DNA from: Acidilobaceae archaeon
Lineage (GTDB): Archaea > Thermoproteota > Thermoprotei_A > Sulfolobales > Acidilobaceae
Direction of reading: 5' to 3'
NCBI GenBank assembly: GCA_038897215.1
Contig: JAWAWX010000001.1
Location: forward strand, 128,001 to 192,000
DNA: 64,000 nt
This document shows, in pieces, positions 1 through 10,035 of this stretch; the stretch's first letter is position 1, and every line of letters starts with the position of its first letter. The translations under genes and the position numbers were made by a program. Under the pieces are notes generated by a model. It searched no databases and had not been told where the DNA came from. It saw only the letters and a list, made by a program, of their open reading frames with translations.

Positions 1-1352
1 CCTCGCTCTATGTGAGCCTCTAGAGAGTCTCTGGGAGCTCCTGCTAGAGACTTCTCGAGCTCCTGCACGCTACACGCACGTATGCCGATGTAACCTCCCT
101 CGGGGTCTCTGAAGTAGAAGCAGAGCTCTGGGGGGGCTCTGAACTCTCCGAGGAACCGGCAGGGCTCAGCGTTTATCTCGGAGGCTATCTTATCCGAGAG
201 GAGAGCCAGAGCGTTCATGTAGGCTACGTGAGCTCTATAGGGGCTCTTGTATGGGTTGAAGTAGTTGTGGACTTCTCCAGCCGGCCCCGTCTTGAGAGCC
301 TGGTAGTAGAAGTGGTCGCTAGTGCTCAGTAGCCTCCAGTATCTGAGAACACTCCCCCCTAGGGCTCTAGCGTAAGGGTAGAGTCTCGCGAGCCAGCGTA
401 GAGCTGTAGCCTGCATCTCGGAGCCAGCCCAGGCTGAGAGGTCTCTCTCGTCAGCCCAGCTTATCGCAGTCCACTCGGGCACATCGTAGACTCCCACGGG
501 CCTGTTTCTGAGAGCCGCTTCGGTCACCGTAGCGAATCTCAGCCTGGGCCTTCTAGCTATCTCTCTCGGGAGCCACTCGAGGAACTCGTATATCCCCGTC
601 TCGGGCCAGTGGTGCTCTCCGAAGGTCTCGTAGTCCATGGCTATGAAGACCACGTCTCCCGGCGACGCCTCGATCCAGGACGCGTACTTGTCGGCTGTTA
701 GAGGGTACTGGTCCCACGTTCTCGCACTGAACCTGAAGCCCACGTCGTCGCTCAGCCTATAGTTCCTCACAAGCACTCTAGCATCACAACCCCTCGCTAG
801 ATAGACGTGATTGAACCCTATGAACGAGGGGAGGCTCTCGACGCCCTCCGTCACTACCACCTTGAACCCCATATCGTGTAGAGTGCAGGCCACGTTGTTG
901 TTGTATATGAATTCGGTGTTCTCAGCTGCTGTCGGCCTTCTGCCAGTGAGCTCTCTCACTACTCTAGCGTGCTCGACTACCTGCTTCACGAACTCGTCCC
1001 TGTCTACGAGCCACGCTAGCGAGTGGTAGTAGGTTTGAGCAGCGAACTCTACTCTCTCCGTTGCAGCGAGCTCCTCTAGGAGCGAGTAAGCTTGAGGAGC
1101 ATATCTCCTCATAGCCTCGAGAGCCAGCCCTGAGACACTCATAGTGAACTTGAAGGACTCGACCTCCTTGAGCGCGCCTAGAAGGATCCTGGTTGCTTTC
1201 ACGTAGACTCTCTCGGCTACTCTCTCGAAGACCTCTCTGTTCAGCTCCCACTCGAAAGCCTCCTCTAGAGAGGATACTCTCGAGCCGGGGAGGGGGTCTA
1301 GAGGCTTCAGCCTGTAGGGCTGGTGTAGCTCGAAGAAGAGCACCACATCCAT
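1..1352 (-). CDS. Glycoside hydrolase family 57 (alpha-amylase/amylopullulanase-like), 3' end runs off the window
   Basis: Not in the ORF track. Manual translation from ATG at 1352 gives MDVVLFFELHQPYRLK (GH57 HQP motif), later ENTEFIYNN, FIAMDYETFGEHHW and LSTSDHFYY. The start overlaps the glgA stop (TGATG). Confidence 0.9.
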   Translation of the reverse strand, partial: MDVVLFFELHQPYRLKPLDPLPGSRVSSLEEAFEWELNREVFERVAERVYVKATRILLGALKEVESFKFTMSVSGLALEAMRRYAPQAYSLLEELAATERVEFAAQTYYHSLAWLVDRDEFVKQVVEHARVVRELTGRRPTAAENTEFIYNNNVACTLHDMGFKVVVTEGVESLPSFIGFNHVYLARGCDARVLVRNYRLSDDVGFRFSARTWDQYPLTADKYASWIEASPGDVVFIAMDYETFGEHHWPETGIYEFLEWLPREIARRPRLRFATVTEAALRNRPVGVYDVPEWTAISWADERDLSAWAGSEMQATALRWLARLYPYARALGGSVLRYWRLLSTSDHFYYQALKTGPAGEVHNYFNPYKSPYRAHVAYMNALALLSDKIASEINAEPCRFLGEFRAPPELCFYFRDPEGGYIGIRACSVQELEKSLAGAPRDSLEAHIER

Positions 1353-2932
1353 CAGCGTGCACCACTAGCTACAGCTCTATAGTACGCCATCAGCCTAGCG
1401 CGCTCATAGCACTCTCTGATCTGCCCGGCTACCGAGGACTCTCTGAACATGGACTCAACTCTCTTCAAGCAGTTCTCCCTAATCCTCCAGAACGAGCCAG
1501 AGAACCTCTTCAGCTCAGCTACAGGGACGTCCTCTGGAGGGGCTCCGCGAGCAAGCCTAGCAATAGACTCGAGAGCAGCCCCCACCTCAGCGTGGTTCTC
1601 GGGGCTTGCGAGAACCCCTGTCCCGCTATCACTCCACCTCAGGTCTAGAACAGCCTCCTTCAAGCCCCCAACGCTAGAGGCGACAACGGGGACTCCTAGA
1701 GCTTGAGCTTCTACAGCAACGAGACCGAAGGGCTCCCACCTCGAGGGAGCCACAAGGGCTTTCGAGAGTCTCAGGACGGCTAGAGCGTCCTCTCTCCTAA
1801 CTCTACCCGCTATCACCATGACTCTCCCCCTCCTCTCCTCTACCAGTAGCCTGAGGTAGCTCTCGAAGTGGTAATCGCCCACAGGCAATCCTAGGATGAG
1901 GAGCCTGACTGAGGGAGCGTAGTCTAGAGCTCTGACAGCCACATCGAAGCCCTTCTGCCACGTGAGCCTCCCCAGAGCTACGACTAGGTTCTCATAGCTA
2001 TCCAGACCCCCCCAGACGGATCCCTGAGCTCTCAGAGCCTCGAGAATCGCTGGGATAGATCTCTCCGATACTTCGCCATACCTGCTCTCAATGTATCTGT
2101 CTACGTCCTCTAAGCGGACCCCCGTGGAGTTGTAGACTACGCAGGACTTGTGCTCGACCCAAGAGCCATGTCTTCTCGCGAGTTCCTCGTGGAGATAGCT
2201 GTAGCTAACAGTGGACACTAGGTCTGCCTCAGTTACCCCGAAGGCCTCCACATTGCCCCAGCTCTCGTCCCAGACCTCTCTATGCGTTCTCCACACGTGA
2301 GAGTACGGCTTCCAGACGAGGTGGGGAACATCTTCTAGACCTGACCAGTCTCGGCTAGCGTAGTGCCAGGGGAAGCTGGGAGAGCCCGAGAGGTGGATAG
2401 AGTAGACTAGAGGGATTGCTAGGCATCTGCGTTCAGCAACCTGCTTGACCGCGACACCGGCCAGGACGCTGTGCCAGTCGTTAGCGTCGACTAGGTCTGG
2501 TAACTGAGAGCGCTCGGCAAAAGCTCTCACAGCTCTAGCGAAAAGTGAAGCCTTCTCCTCGACGTTAGAGTAGATGTCCCAGGAGTCGAAGACAGACTTG
2601 GTGTGCTCATCGAGACCCTTGAAGAGAACCAACCTAACGTCATTCAAGACCATCTCGTCTGCTCCCAGGCAGTATCTGTAGAACCCTCCATCCAGCCCTC
2701 TCCTGAAACCACACTCTCTGAAATCCAGCTCTCTCAGCCCCAGCCTCTGCCTCTCACTGTAGCTAGCGTGCCTGCCATGAGAAGGCATCAGTACAGTGAC
2801 TCTCAGCCCCAGCCTCGTTAGAGCCTCTGCTCTAGCTCTCACAGCCTCGCCGAGACCCCCTAGTGAGGCTACACCAGCGTACTCGAAGGAGAGAATCCAC
2901 GCAGACTTCAGCTCTCTCGGAGCATATAGCAA
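1352..2932 (-). CDS. glgA: Glycogen/starch synthase (GT-B, GT5-like)
   Basis: SLGGLG, NDWH, GRLTWQKGFD and PSRWEPFGLVAVEA motifs; lies between GH57 and the phosphorylase. Confidence 0.88.
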   Translation of the reverse strand: MLYAPRELKSAWILSFEYAGVASLGGLGEAVRARAEALTRLGLRVTVLMPSHGRHASYSERQRLGLRELDFRECGFRRGLDGGFYRYCLGADEMVLNDVRLVLFKGLDEHTKSVFDSWDIYSNVEEKASLFARAVRAFAERSQLPDLVDANDWHSVLAGVAVKQVAERRCLAIPLVYSIHLSGSPSFPWHYASRDWSGLEDVPHLVWKPYSHVWRTHREVWDESWGNVEAFGVTEADLVSTVSYSYLHEELARRHGSWVEHKSCVVYNSTGVRLEDVDRYIESRYGEVSERSIPAILEALRAQGSVWGGLDSYENLVVALGRLTWQKGFDVAVRALDYAPSVRLLILGLPVGDYHFESYLRLLVEERRGRVMVIAGRVRREDALAVLRLSKALVAPSRWEPFGLVAVEAQALGVPVVASSVGGLKEAVLDLRWSDSGTGVLASPENHAEVGAALESIARLARGAPPEDVPVAELKRFSGSFWRIRENCLKRVESMFRESSVAGQIRECYERARLMAYYRAVASGAR

Positions 2933-3047
2933 TACCTGCTCCCGTATACACTGCTAGCTGGCTGGAGGTGTATAATCTAAGCTAGCGTAAGCCCCAAGGG
3001 GGGCTCGCTTACCGGCTCGAGCCGACGGCTCGAGGAGAGGTATTACT

Positions 3048-4562
3048 CTAGAAGAACTCAGGATAGTACTGGGAGAGCATTCTCCTCATATCCGCTAGCT
3101 TCTCGAAATCCCTGTATGCTCTATAGGAGACTAGCTCGTACTCGTCTCTCTTACTGTCGATAGTGTCCACGACTCTCTCAAGCTTCTTGACTAGATCCTC
3201 GTAGTCGTGCTCGTTTATCTGCTTAGCCTTCTCATCCTCGAGGCTTATGAACTCTCGTAGCTCGCTACCGAAGAGCCACCCGTTGACTCCGTCTTCTATC
3301 ATCTCTAGAGCCCCTCCGTCTCTCGAGGCTAGAGACGGTGTCCCGTTGACTCCTGACTTCATGTAGCTGGTCCCGCATGCCTCCCAGCCAGGGAACGGAG
3401 TGAAGAGTAGCACGTCTGCTCCAGCGAGCAGATGCCTAGCTAGCTCTATCGAGTAGCTGGGGTGGAATGCTAGATTCTCCACCTCCTGAGAGAGCTCATG
3501 CAATCTCTCAGCCTGCTTGACGCCCCACGAGTCGTTTATGTGAGGCTTCCCAGCGACCATTATGAAGACTCTGTCTCTCAAGTCTATCTCCTCGGCTAGC
3601 CTCTCGACGAAGAAGGGGCGCTTGTACTTGGTTATCCTCCTAGCCCACACTAGGAGTACTCTATTGCCCACCCTCTTCCCCGTCAGCCCGGCTATGATCG
3701 ATGAGAGCTCCTCTCTCAGCCTGGCTCTCTCGGCTGAGAGCTCTCGAGGGTGCTCTAGACCCCCTCTAACCAGCCTCCAGTACTCCACGTCTATGGCGTT
3801 CGTGACGCTCCTCAGCTTATCGGAGTACTTCGGGAACAGCGCTCTCGTTATCTCAGCGTGCCTCTTGGAGACAGCGAAGACTGCTGACACAGCCTCCATC
3901 GCCGCCTCGCTCATAGTCCTAACGCTCGGCAGAGACACGTCTAGAACCTCCTCTGCTTCACCCTTACAGAGGAGAGGGTGCCCCCAGGGCCCAGGGGTGT
4001 GCGTCACGAATCTTAGAGTGTAGGTCTTGGGTAGCAGGTAGGGGACCAGCCCTAGGTGAGCCTCCTGTATGTCAACGTACGAGTCGGAGTCCCCCACCAC
4101 CTTCTTCACTATCTCAGCCGCGACAGCCGAGGCCACTATGAAGGTCTGGCACTCTCCGCCGTCACCGTACCTGTAGAGGTGGTCGAAGAGCCTGGCGACA
4201 GCCTTAGGTCTCTTAACGTGGTAGAGTAGAGCTCTAGCAGACCCCTCTCTGTACTCGTAGACGTCAGCCTCAGCAAGGAACCTCCCATTCCCCCCTCGAG
4301 CCACAATAGTCTTCACGAATCTGAGCCTCGAGAGGAAGTCCGGCGAGTGCCTATGAGTAACCTCGACAAGCCTCCCCCCCGGGTCCACGTCGTACTCGAC
4401 GTAGCCTCTGGGGTAGAAGGGAGCCACGACAACGTAGGGGAGTCCCAGCCTGGAGGCAGCGTAGAACTTGTCGGCTTCCAGCACGCCGAGGCCTCCGGCA
4501 TAGTTAGCACTCCCTCTCAGCGCTATCTCCATAGTCACGCTGACTATACTCTTACCCGCCAT
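3048..4562 (-). CDS. glgP: Glycogen/alpha-glucan phosphorylase (short archaeal type)
   Basis: YAGGLGVL, ARRITKYKR, AGKPH and the PLP-binding EACGTSYMK motif. Confidence 0.92.
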   Translation of the reverse strand: MAGKSIVSVTMEIALRGSANYAGGLGVLEADKFYAASRLGLPYVVVAPFYPRGYVEYDVDPGGRLVEVTHRHSPDFLSRLRFVKTIVARGGNGRFLAEADVYEYREGSARALLYHVKRPKAVARLFDHLYRYGDGGECQTFIVASAVAAEIVKKVVGDSDSYVDIQEAHLGLVPYLLPKTYTLRFVTHTPGPWGHPLLCKGEAEEVLDVSLPSVRTMSEAAMEAVSAVFAVSKRHAEITRALFPKYSDKLRSVTNAIDVEYWRLVRGGLEHPRELSAERARLREELSSIIAGLTGKRVGNRVLLVWARRITKYKRPFFVERLAEEIDLRDRVFIMVAGKPHINDSWGVKQAERLHELSQEVENLAFHPSYSIELARHLLAGADVLLFTPFPGWEACGTSYMKSGVNGTPSLASRDGGALEMIEDGVNGWLFGSELREFISLEDEKAKQINEHDYEDLVKKLERVVDTIDSKRDEYELVSYRAYRDFEKLADMRRMLSQYYPEFF

Positions 4563-4876
4563 CAGGAAGATACCTCTACTCTCTCCGCGGAGAAGGCTTA
4601 AGCAGTGGACTCCTATAATCTCGAGTTAGGGGTCTGAGACGAGAGCCATAGAAGCCCCCGGATATGGGGGAGAGCGAGCCCGCCCCACTAGACCAGCGGC
4701 GAGCACAGCCATGTACTCCTAGAACTCGTTATGGAGGCTGTCCCCGAACCAAGCGATTCCAGGCAGCGTGCTCCACGTGATGCTAGAGGGGGACCCCAGG
4801 AGGAGCTGAGCTTCCCAAGTATTCGAGGCTTATAAGGTTGGACTTTTTCCTAGCTTGTTGTGAGGCCAGTAGCGCG

Positions 4877-5440
4877 ATGTTCTATAGGAAGATGGTCTCA
4901 GCGACTCTCATCCTGCTGGTCATGCTAAGCGCTCTAGTGTTGCCGGGGCTGGAGCCGGCTGTAGCCGGAGAGGTTCACGATAACAGAGTTAGAGCAGGCG
5001 TGGAGGTGTACCTGCCTATATTCGAGCGGAAGCTGGCTGGCATATACTCAGAAGTGAGCTTCAAGTATAACCAGACGTCGGGAGCTATCGAAGAGTCAAA
5101 AGTTGAAAGCTGGGAGTGGGAGGCTCGACACTGTGATTGCAAAACCAGCATAAAGCGCTCTAGCAGTAGGGGAGATGGCAGGGAGTTTCCTATCAATGTC
5201 GAGGTCGAGTGGGAGATAGTTATCAAGATAATCAAGATACGCTTCTGGCATATCATGGTCGGCATCACTCGCGAATTCAGCGGGTACAACTCGATAACGT
5301 GCATGATCGTCGAGTCTGAAAGCGTGGTGTGCGATGTGCGTGTCTACGAGCGTGGTAGCGGGCGGATAGTAGGCGAAACGGTCATAGAGCGCGTTCCATT
5401 TGCCGCTGAGTACATAGGAAGACTCAGGGTAGTGGGGTAG
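4877..5440 (+). CDS. Hypothetical secreted beta-rich protein
   Basis: Signal-peptide-like N-terminus ending PAVA. TATA-like TTATAA at about 4830 favours ATG 4877 over TTG 4838. Confidence 0.65.
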   Translation: MFYRKMVSATLILLVMLSALVLPGLEPAVAGEVHDNRVRAGVEVYLPIFERKLAGIYSEVSFKYNQTSGAIEESKVESWEWEARHCDCKTSIKRSSSRGDGREFPINVEVEWEIVIKIIKIRFWHIMVGITREFSGYNSITCMIVESESVVCDVRVYERGSGRIVGETVIERVPFAAEYIGRLRVVG

Positions 5441-5593
5441 CCTGGAGAGCCTTCTCTCTAGCTCTAACCCGGCGGCTCTCATATTCCTGTCGATAGCCGT
5501 GGTCCGGTTGAGAGCGAGGAGGAGATGGTGCTAGAGGAGGCTCGCGTGAGGCTGGAGTTTACCCCGCGGATCAAGCGCTACTTCGAGAGCTCT

Positions 5594-7360
5594 CTAGAGG
5601 GAGCCGTGCTCGACGAGCTTCTTGTATGCTCTAATGCCCTCTCTTATGTAGTCTTCGGATAGCCTCCCTAGAGGTGTCGGCGTCTCGCAGACTCTAGGGG
5701 GTATCCTGACGGCCTCCGGGTCGAAACCCTCCTCGGCTTTGAGTCTATGCTTCTCCAGGTATATCCTCCTCCCGAGGTCTACTAATTCTTCCTCGCTCAA
5801 GCCGAGCCCTAGAGCTTTGAGTGCTCTCGACGCCACGGTCTTGCTGTAGACTCCGCGGCCGAAGAGGCAGACGGCTAGAGAGTTGAGGACTTGTCTCCAC
5901 GACTCCTCGACAGCTATTATCTTCACTGCCTCGGAGGGCTCTGGAGTCTTGGCTCCCGTCTTTGCTAGAGCCTCGTCTACAGAGTACGCTCCAGCGTCTA
6001 GGTGCGAGTGCCTCCAGCCTATTGCCAGAGAGAGGTGGTAGAGTGGCCCTGTGTGGTATCCTGCTGGCTCTACTCTATTGTAGGCTACTGCGAAATCGAG
6101 CCCCCCGTAGTGCCTGGCGGCCTCCTCGACCCCCATTGCTAGCTTCTCGTAGAACTCGTTAGGCTGAGTCACTATGTACTCGACTGCCTCTATGTAGGCT
6201 CTCCAGTTGCCCCACTCTAGCCTAACTATGGTCTCCTTCTCCGTGACCAGGCCTCTCTCGAGAGCCTCCGTGGCCCAGGCTAGAGCTACTCCTGTGCTGA
6301 TAGCGTCTAAGCCCTCCTCCTCTACCGCCTTGATCAGCTTCAGCAACCCCACGGTGTCCCCGACTTCTAGATTGCTTCCTAGAGCGTAGACTAGCTCGTA
6401 GTCGTAGGAGACGTTCTCGACTTTGTAGAAGTACTTCTCGTCCTCGTACTGCTCTCTGATTCCGGCTAGGTGGATGCAGGCTACAGGGCAGCCTACGCAG
6501 GAGAGCCTTCTAGACAAGTACTCTACCAGCTTCTCTCCGCTAATGCTCTCCGCCTCCCGGAACGAGCCTCTCTGAAAGTTTCTCGTTGGCAGAGCTCCTA
6601 GCTTGTTTAGCGGGAGCACGTTGACAGCTGTCCCCAGCTCGTGGTACTTCTTGGTGGGCTCTCCTCTAGCTAGCTTGAGTATCTCCGCGTAGACCTCTCT
6701 GTACTCTCTCGGGTTGGGTAGGCGGAGAGACTTCCTCCCTATCACCACTAGCGCTTTCAGCTTCTTGGAGCCGAAGACAGCCCCCAGCCCCATCCTCCCG
6801 AAGTGTCTGTAGGTCTCCACCATCACGTTAGCGTACCTGACTAGCTTCTCGCCAGCTCTCCCGATCCTCATTATGCTCCTTAGCCCGGCTCCGGGTAGAG
6901 CCTCTCTGAGAACCTTGCCGACCGCCTCAGCGCTCTTCATTCCCCACACTGCTCCAGCGTCCCTGAACCTGACCCGCTCCCCATCGACCACCAGGTAGAC
7001 TGGCCTATCGCTAGCCCCCTTGACCACTATGGCTCCGAGCCCAGCGAACCTGATAGCAGCCGCTACTCTGCCGCCTGCGTGAGATTCGGCAGCATAGCCG
7101 CTTAGAGGAGACTTGAAGACTGCTATAGCCTTAGACGCCATCGGGTATATGGCTGTGAGCGGACCAACCGCGATGACTACAGTGTTGTCTGGGCTGAGGG
7201 GATCGGCTCTTCTCGGAGTCTCCTCCTTGTAGAGCTGGACAGCAACTCCAACGCCTCCCAGCCACTTGCCGAAGACGTCCTCTCTGTCTTCGACCCAGAA
7301 CCTCTTCTTCGTCAAGTCAACGTAGAGAACTCTGGATAAGCTCTTCAGAGCGTCAGCCAA
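5594..7360 (-). CDS. Tungsten-containing aldehyde:ferredoxin oxidoreductase (AOR/WOR) family, large subunit
   Basis: KSPLSG...SHAGG, GRMGLGAVFGSKKLKA, CxxCPxxC, GLDAISTG and NSLAVCLF motifs. Confidence 0.92.
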   Translation of the reverse strand: MADALKSLSRVLYVDLTKKRFWVEDREDVFGKWLGGVGVAVQLYKEETPRRADPLSPDNTVVIAVGPLTAIYPMASKAIAVFKSPLSGYAAESHAGGRVAAAIRFAGLGAIVVKGASDRPVYLVVDGERVRFRDAGAVWGMKSAEAVGKVLREALPGAGLRSIMRIGRAGEKLVRYANVMVETYRHFGRMGLGAVFGSKKLKALVVIGRKSLRLPNPREYREVYAEILKLARGEPTKKYHELGTAVNVLPLNKLGALPTRNFQRGSFREAESISGEKLVEYLSRRLSCVGCPVACIHLAGIREQYEDEKYFYKVENVSYDYELVYALGSNLEVGDTVGLLKLIKAVEEEGLDAISTGVALAWATEALERGLVTEKETIVRLEWGNWRAYIEAVEYIVTQPNEFYEKLAMGVEEAARHYGGLDFAVAYNRVEPAGYHTGPLYHLSLAIGWRHSHLDAGAYSVDEALAKTGAKTPEPSEAVKIIAVEESWRQVLNSLAVCLFGRGVYSKTVASRALKALGLGLSEEELVDLGRRIYLEKHRLKAEEGFDPEAVRIPPRVCETPTPLGRLSEDYIREGIRAYKKLVEHGSL

Positions 7361-7361
7361 C

Positions 7362-7778
7362 TCAGCTGACCACCTCCACCATCTTCAAGACCCCGTAGGG
7401 GCAGAAGCTCGCGCAGTAACCGCAGTGGATACATATCAGCGGCTTCCCGCTCTCCTCATCCCAGAGAACAGCCCCTATGTCGCAAGCTTCTCTACAGTTA
7501 CCACAACCTATGCATTGCGACACGTTAAGCACGACCCCGCCCCCGGCTCTCAGAGTGAGCGCGTCCACAGGGCAGACTCTAGCGCAAGGAGGGTCGGGGC
7601 ACGCTCTGCAAACGACTACAGCGAAGCCTCTCTCAATGCCCCCCGCTGACCTCACTAGGATCCTGGACTTCCCGGGGCCAGCGTAGCCTAGCCGAGAGCT
7701 ACAAGCGAGCATGCATAGCTGGCACCCAACGCACTTATTGGAGTCTACGACTCTAAGCCTGAAGCCGGCTCGGCCCAC
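7362..7778 (-). CDS. Multi-[4Fe-4S] electron-transfer subunit of the adjacent AOR-family enzyme
   Basis: Four Cys clusters (CxxCxxCxxxC type); ends 1 nt before the AOR start. Confidence 0.9.
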   Translation of the reverse strand: MGRAGFRLRVVDSNKCVGCQLCMLACSSRLGYAGPGKSRILVRSAGGIERGFAVVVCRACPDPPCARVCPVDALTLRAGGGVVLNVSQCIGCGNCREACDIGAVLWDEESGKPLICIHCGYCASFCPYGVLKMVEVVS

Positions 7779-7870
7779 TAGAATCTCCCTCGATACCAGC
7801 GCTCCCCGGAGGCTCGCGGTATTTCTGGTTTACGCGCTAGGTGTAGAGAGAGCTTCCTATAGGAGAGAAG

Positions 7871-8494
7871 CTAGAAGCCTAGACTCGGAGACCTCCATAG
7901 CTTTTCAGCAGACCTGATTATGTATGTCGCGTGGTCAGCTATTCTCTCCATGTGTCTGGCTACTAGGAGCCCTATGGCTATCCTCGAGTCTATCTGCTCT
8001 TTGCTCAAGACTAGGTCTAGGTATCCCTTGTAGAGACTATCGTAGACATTGTCTAGCTCTATCACTCTCTTAGCGGTATGAGGCTTCCACGAGATGTACG
8101 TTGATACAGCTGACTCGATCATCTCCCCTAACTGCTTGAACGCCTTCAGCTCGGCTTCTCCCAGAGCTCTCGCTAGAGAGCCTTGGTGCTCTACTGCTGT
8201 AGCAATCTCTCTGAAGTACCTGGCTATCCTGTAGAGGTCGTAGGCTACGCTTATCGATGTCTCGGCTAGAAGGAGGTCTCTTCCTAGTGGCTGAAATCGA
8301 GCTATGAATATCATGGCTTTTCTAGCTATCATGTCCTTCATCAGCTCTGCTTCAGCCACAGCCTCCTCCAGGCTTTCCATGAGCTCCGCTAGGTTATCGC
8401 ACTCAAGTAGCATACCGTGGATCTCGAGGATGTGGTTCTTCATCCTCCACAAATCCTCTAGTATCTCTCTGCCAGCGCTATCCACTATAGCCAT
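7871..8494 (-). CDS. phoU: Phosphate uptake regulator PhoU family
   Basis: Two helical repeats, DLYRIARY and MERIADHA; directly downstream of pstB. Confidence 0.85.
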   Translation of the reverse strand: MAIVDSAGREILEDLWRMKNHILEIHGMLLECDNLAELMESLEEAVAEAELMKDMIARKAMIFIARFQPLGRDLLLAETSISVAYDLYRIARYFREIATAVEHQGSLARALGEAELKAFKQLGEMIESAVSTYISWKPHTAKRVIELDNVYDSLYKGYLDLVLSKEQIDSRIAIGLLVARHMERIADHATYIIRSAEKLWRSPSLGF

Positions 8495-9256
8495 TTACAC
8501 CTCACCTCTCAGTATCTTGAAGGTGATCTCGTGCTTAGGGTTTATAGCGACCTCTTCTGTAGGGCCGTCCTCTACCACTCTACCATCGTACATGACGATC
8601 ATGTAGTCAGAAACTCTCACAGCCTGGTGGGGCATGTGCGTAACCAACACTATAGTTATCCCCTCGTCTCTTAGCCCTCTAAGAGCCTCCTCTATCTTCA
8701 GAGTGTTGACCGGGTCTATGTTAGCCGTCGGCTCGTCTAGTAGTAGCACCTTGGGCTTCATGGCTAGAGCTCTAGCTATGCAGAGTCTCTGCCTCTGACC
8801 CCCGCTGAGCCTCCACGGGGGGTCTCTCAGCCTATCCTTGACCTCGTCCCAGAGCATGGCTTTATCGAGAGCCCACTTCACTATCTCGTCTAGCTCCTTC
8901 TTGTTCCTAGCCACTCGGTTCACTTTAGCGGGTAGCGCTACGTTATCGTAGATGCTGAGGTGAGGGAATGGGTTAGGCTCCTGGAACACCATCCCTATCA
9001 TTCTCCTGACCTCGTAAGGGTCGGCTTTGTATACGTTTACCCCCTCCACGTATACCTCTCCCTTGACTACAGCTCCATCGACTAGGTCTAGTAGCCTGTT
9101 CACGGCTCTGAGAAGAGTAGACTTGCCGCTACCACTAGGGCCCATGATCGCCGTGATCCTGCCTTTAGGCACCTTGATGTTGATGTTCTTGAGTATCTCC
9201 TTCCCATGGATTAAGACTTGTAGTCCGCGAGTCTCTATAGCCGCTCTAGTCTCCAC
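8495..9256 (-). CDS. pstB: Phosphate ABC transporter ATP-binding protein
   Basis: [28 protein letters not shown] and [15 protein letters not shown]. Confidence 0.92.
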   Translation of the reverse strand: METRAAIETRGLQVLIHGKEILKNINIKVPKGRITAIMGPSGSGKSTLLRAVNRLLDLVDGAVVKGEVYVEGVNVYKADPYEVRRMIGMVFQEPNPFPHLSIYDNVALPAKVNRVARNKKELDEIVKWALDKAMLWDEVKDRLRDPPWRLSGGQRQRLCIARALAMKPKVLLLDEPTANIDPVNTLKIEEALRGLRDEGITIVLVTHMPHQAVRVSDYMIVMYDGRVVEDGPTEEVAINPKHEITFKILRGEV

Positions 9257-9489
9257 ATAGAGCCACCGATTGTGAGAAAGCCATCAGCATATAAATCCTT
9301 TACTTTAACGAACAGCAGGCACAACCTACCAACTCTCTATAGCCTCAGTGCGAGGTAAAGAGGAGCCTTATGAGAGCAAGTAGCTCTGCTCTTTCGAGTC
9401 ATGCGGCGCCGAGATCCCTTATTGGCTTAGAGTAAGCTACGAACCTATATAGGCTTGTCTTCTCGAGACCCTAGATTGGTGCTTACAGC

Positions 9490-9936
9490 TTGGCTGGGTT
9501 AACGCTTGTCAGAGACTTGATGAAAACCCCTCTGATAGTATTGCACCCAATTCACTCAGTGAGAGAAGCTGCTAGGATAATGATGGAGAAGAACATAGGG
9601 AGCATAGTAGTGGTCGATGAGAGAGGAGCTCTTTTAGGTATAGTGACCAAGACGGATATAGTCAGGCTTGTTGCTAGAGGAGGAGACGTAGATAGGACCA
9701 CGATAGGGGAGATCATGACTAAGAACCCCGTATACGTTCTAGCCGATACTCCTCTCGAGGAGGCTGCTAGGATAATGGGCTACTACGGCATAGGCCACCT
9801 CCCGGTTCTAGACGAGAAGAGCAAGAAGCCTGTAGGCATGATCTCGAAGAGAGACATTCTGCTCTTCGCTCCTCACTACATCAACCTAGTCTACGCTTTG
9901 AGAAAGGAGATTGAAGCCTCGGGGAGTCAGGTCTAG
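9490..9936 (+). CDS. CBS-domain pair protein
   Basis: Two CBS repeats (IGSIVVVD..GIVTKTD; IGHLPVLD..GMISKRD). Confidence 0.88.
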   Translation: MAGLTLVRDLMKTPLIVLHPIHSVREAARIMMEKNIGSIVVVDERGALLGIVTKTDIVRLVARGGDVDRTTIGEIMTKNPVYVLADTPLEEAARIMGYYGIGHLPVLDEKSKKPVGMISKRDILLFAPHYINLVYALRKEIEASGSQV

Positions 9937-10035
9937 CCTCCTTGCTCTCCATCTACTCCCACTATCTCTGCTCGAGTCCGCAGCTACAGCCAGTCAGCTA
10001 GAGTGTTGCTCGAAGACTCGGCTTACTAGAGTCCT

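Noticed and set aside
811-1648. Track ORFs 811-1029, 964-1365 and 1193-1648
   Set aside because: Shadows of the real GH57 and glgA genes; the Ser/Leu/Arg-rich antisense ORFs throughout the window are likewise artefacts of the codon bias.
4620-4830. Possible sRNA or pseudogene fragment upstream of glgP
   Set aside because: Incomplete box set; interrupted reading frame with no family I can identify.
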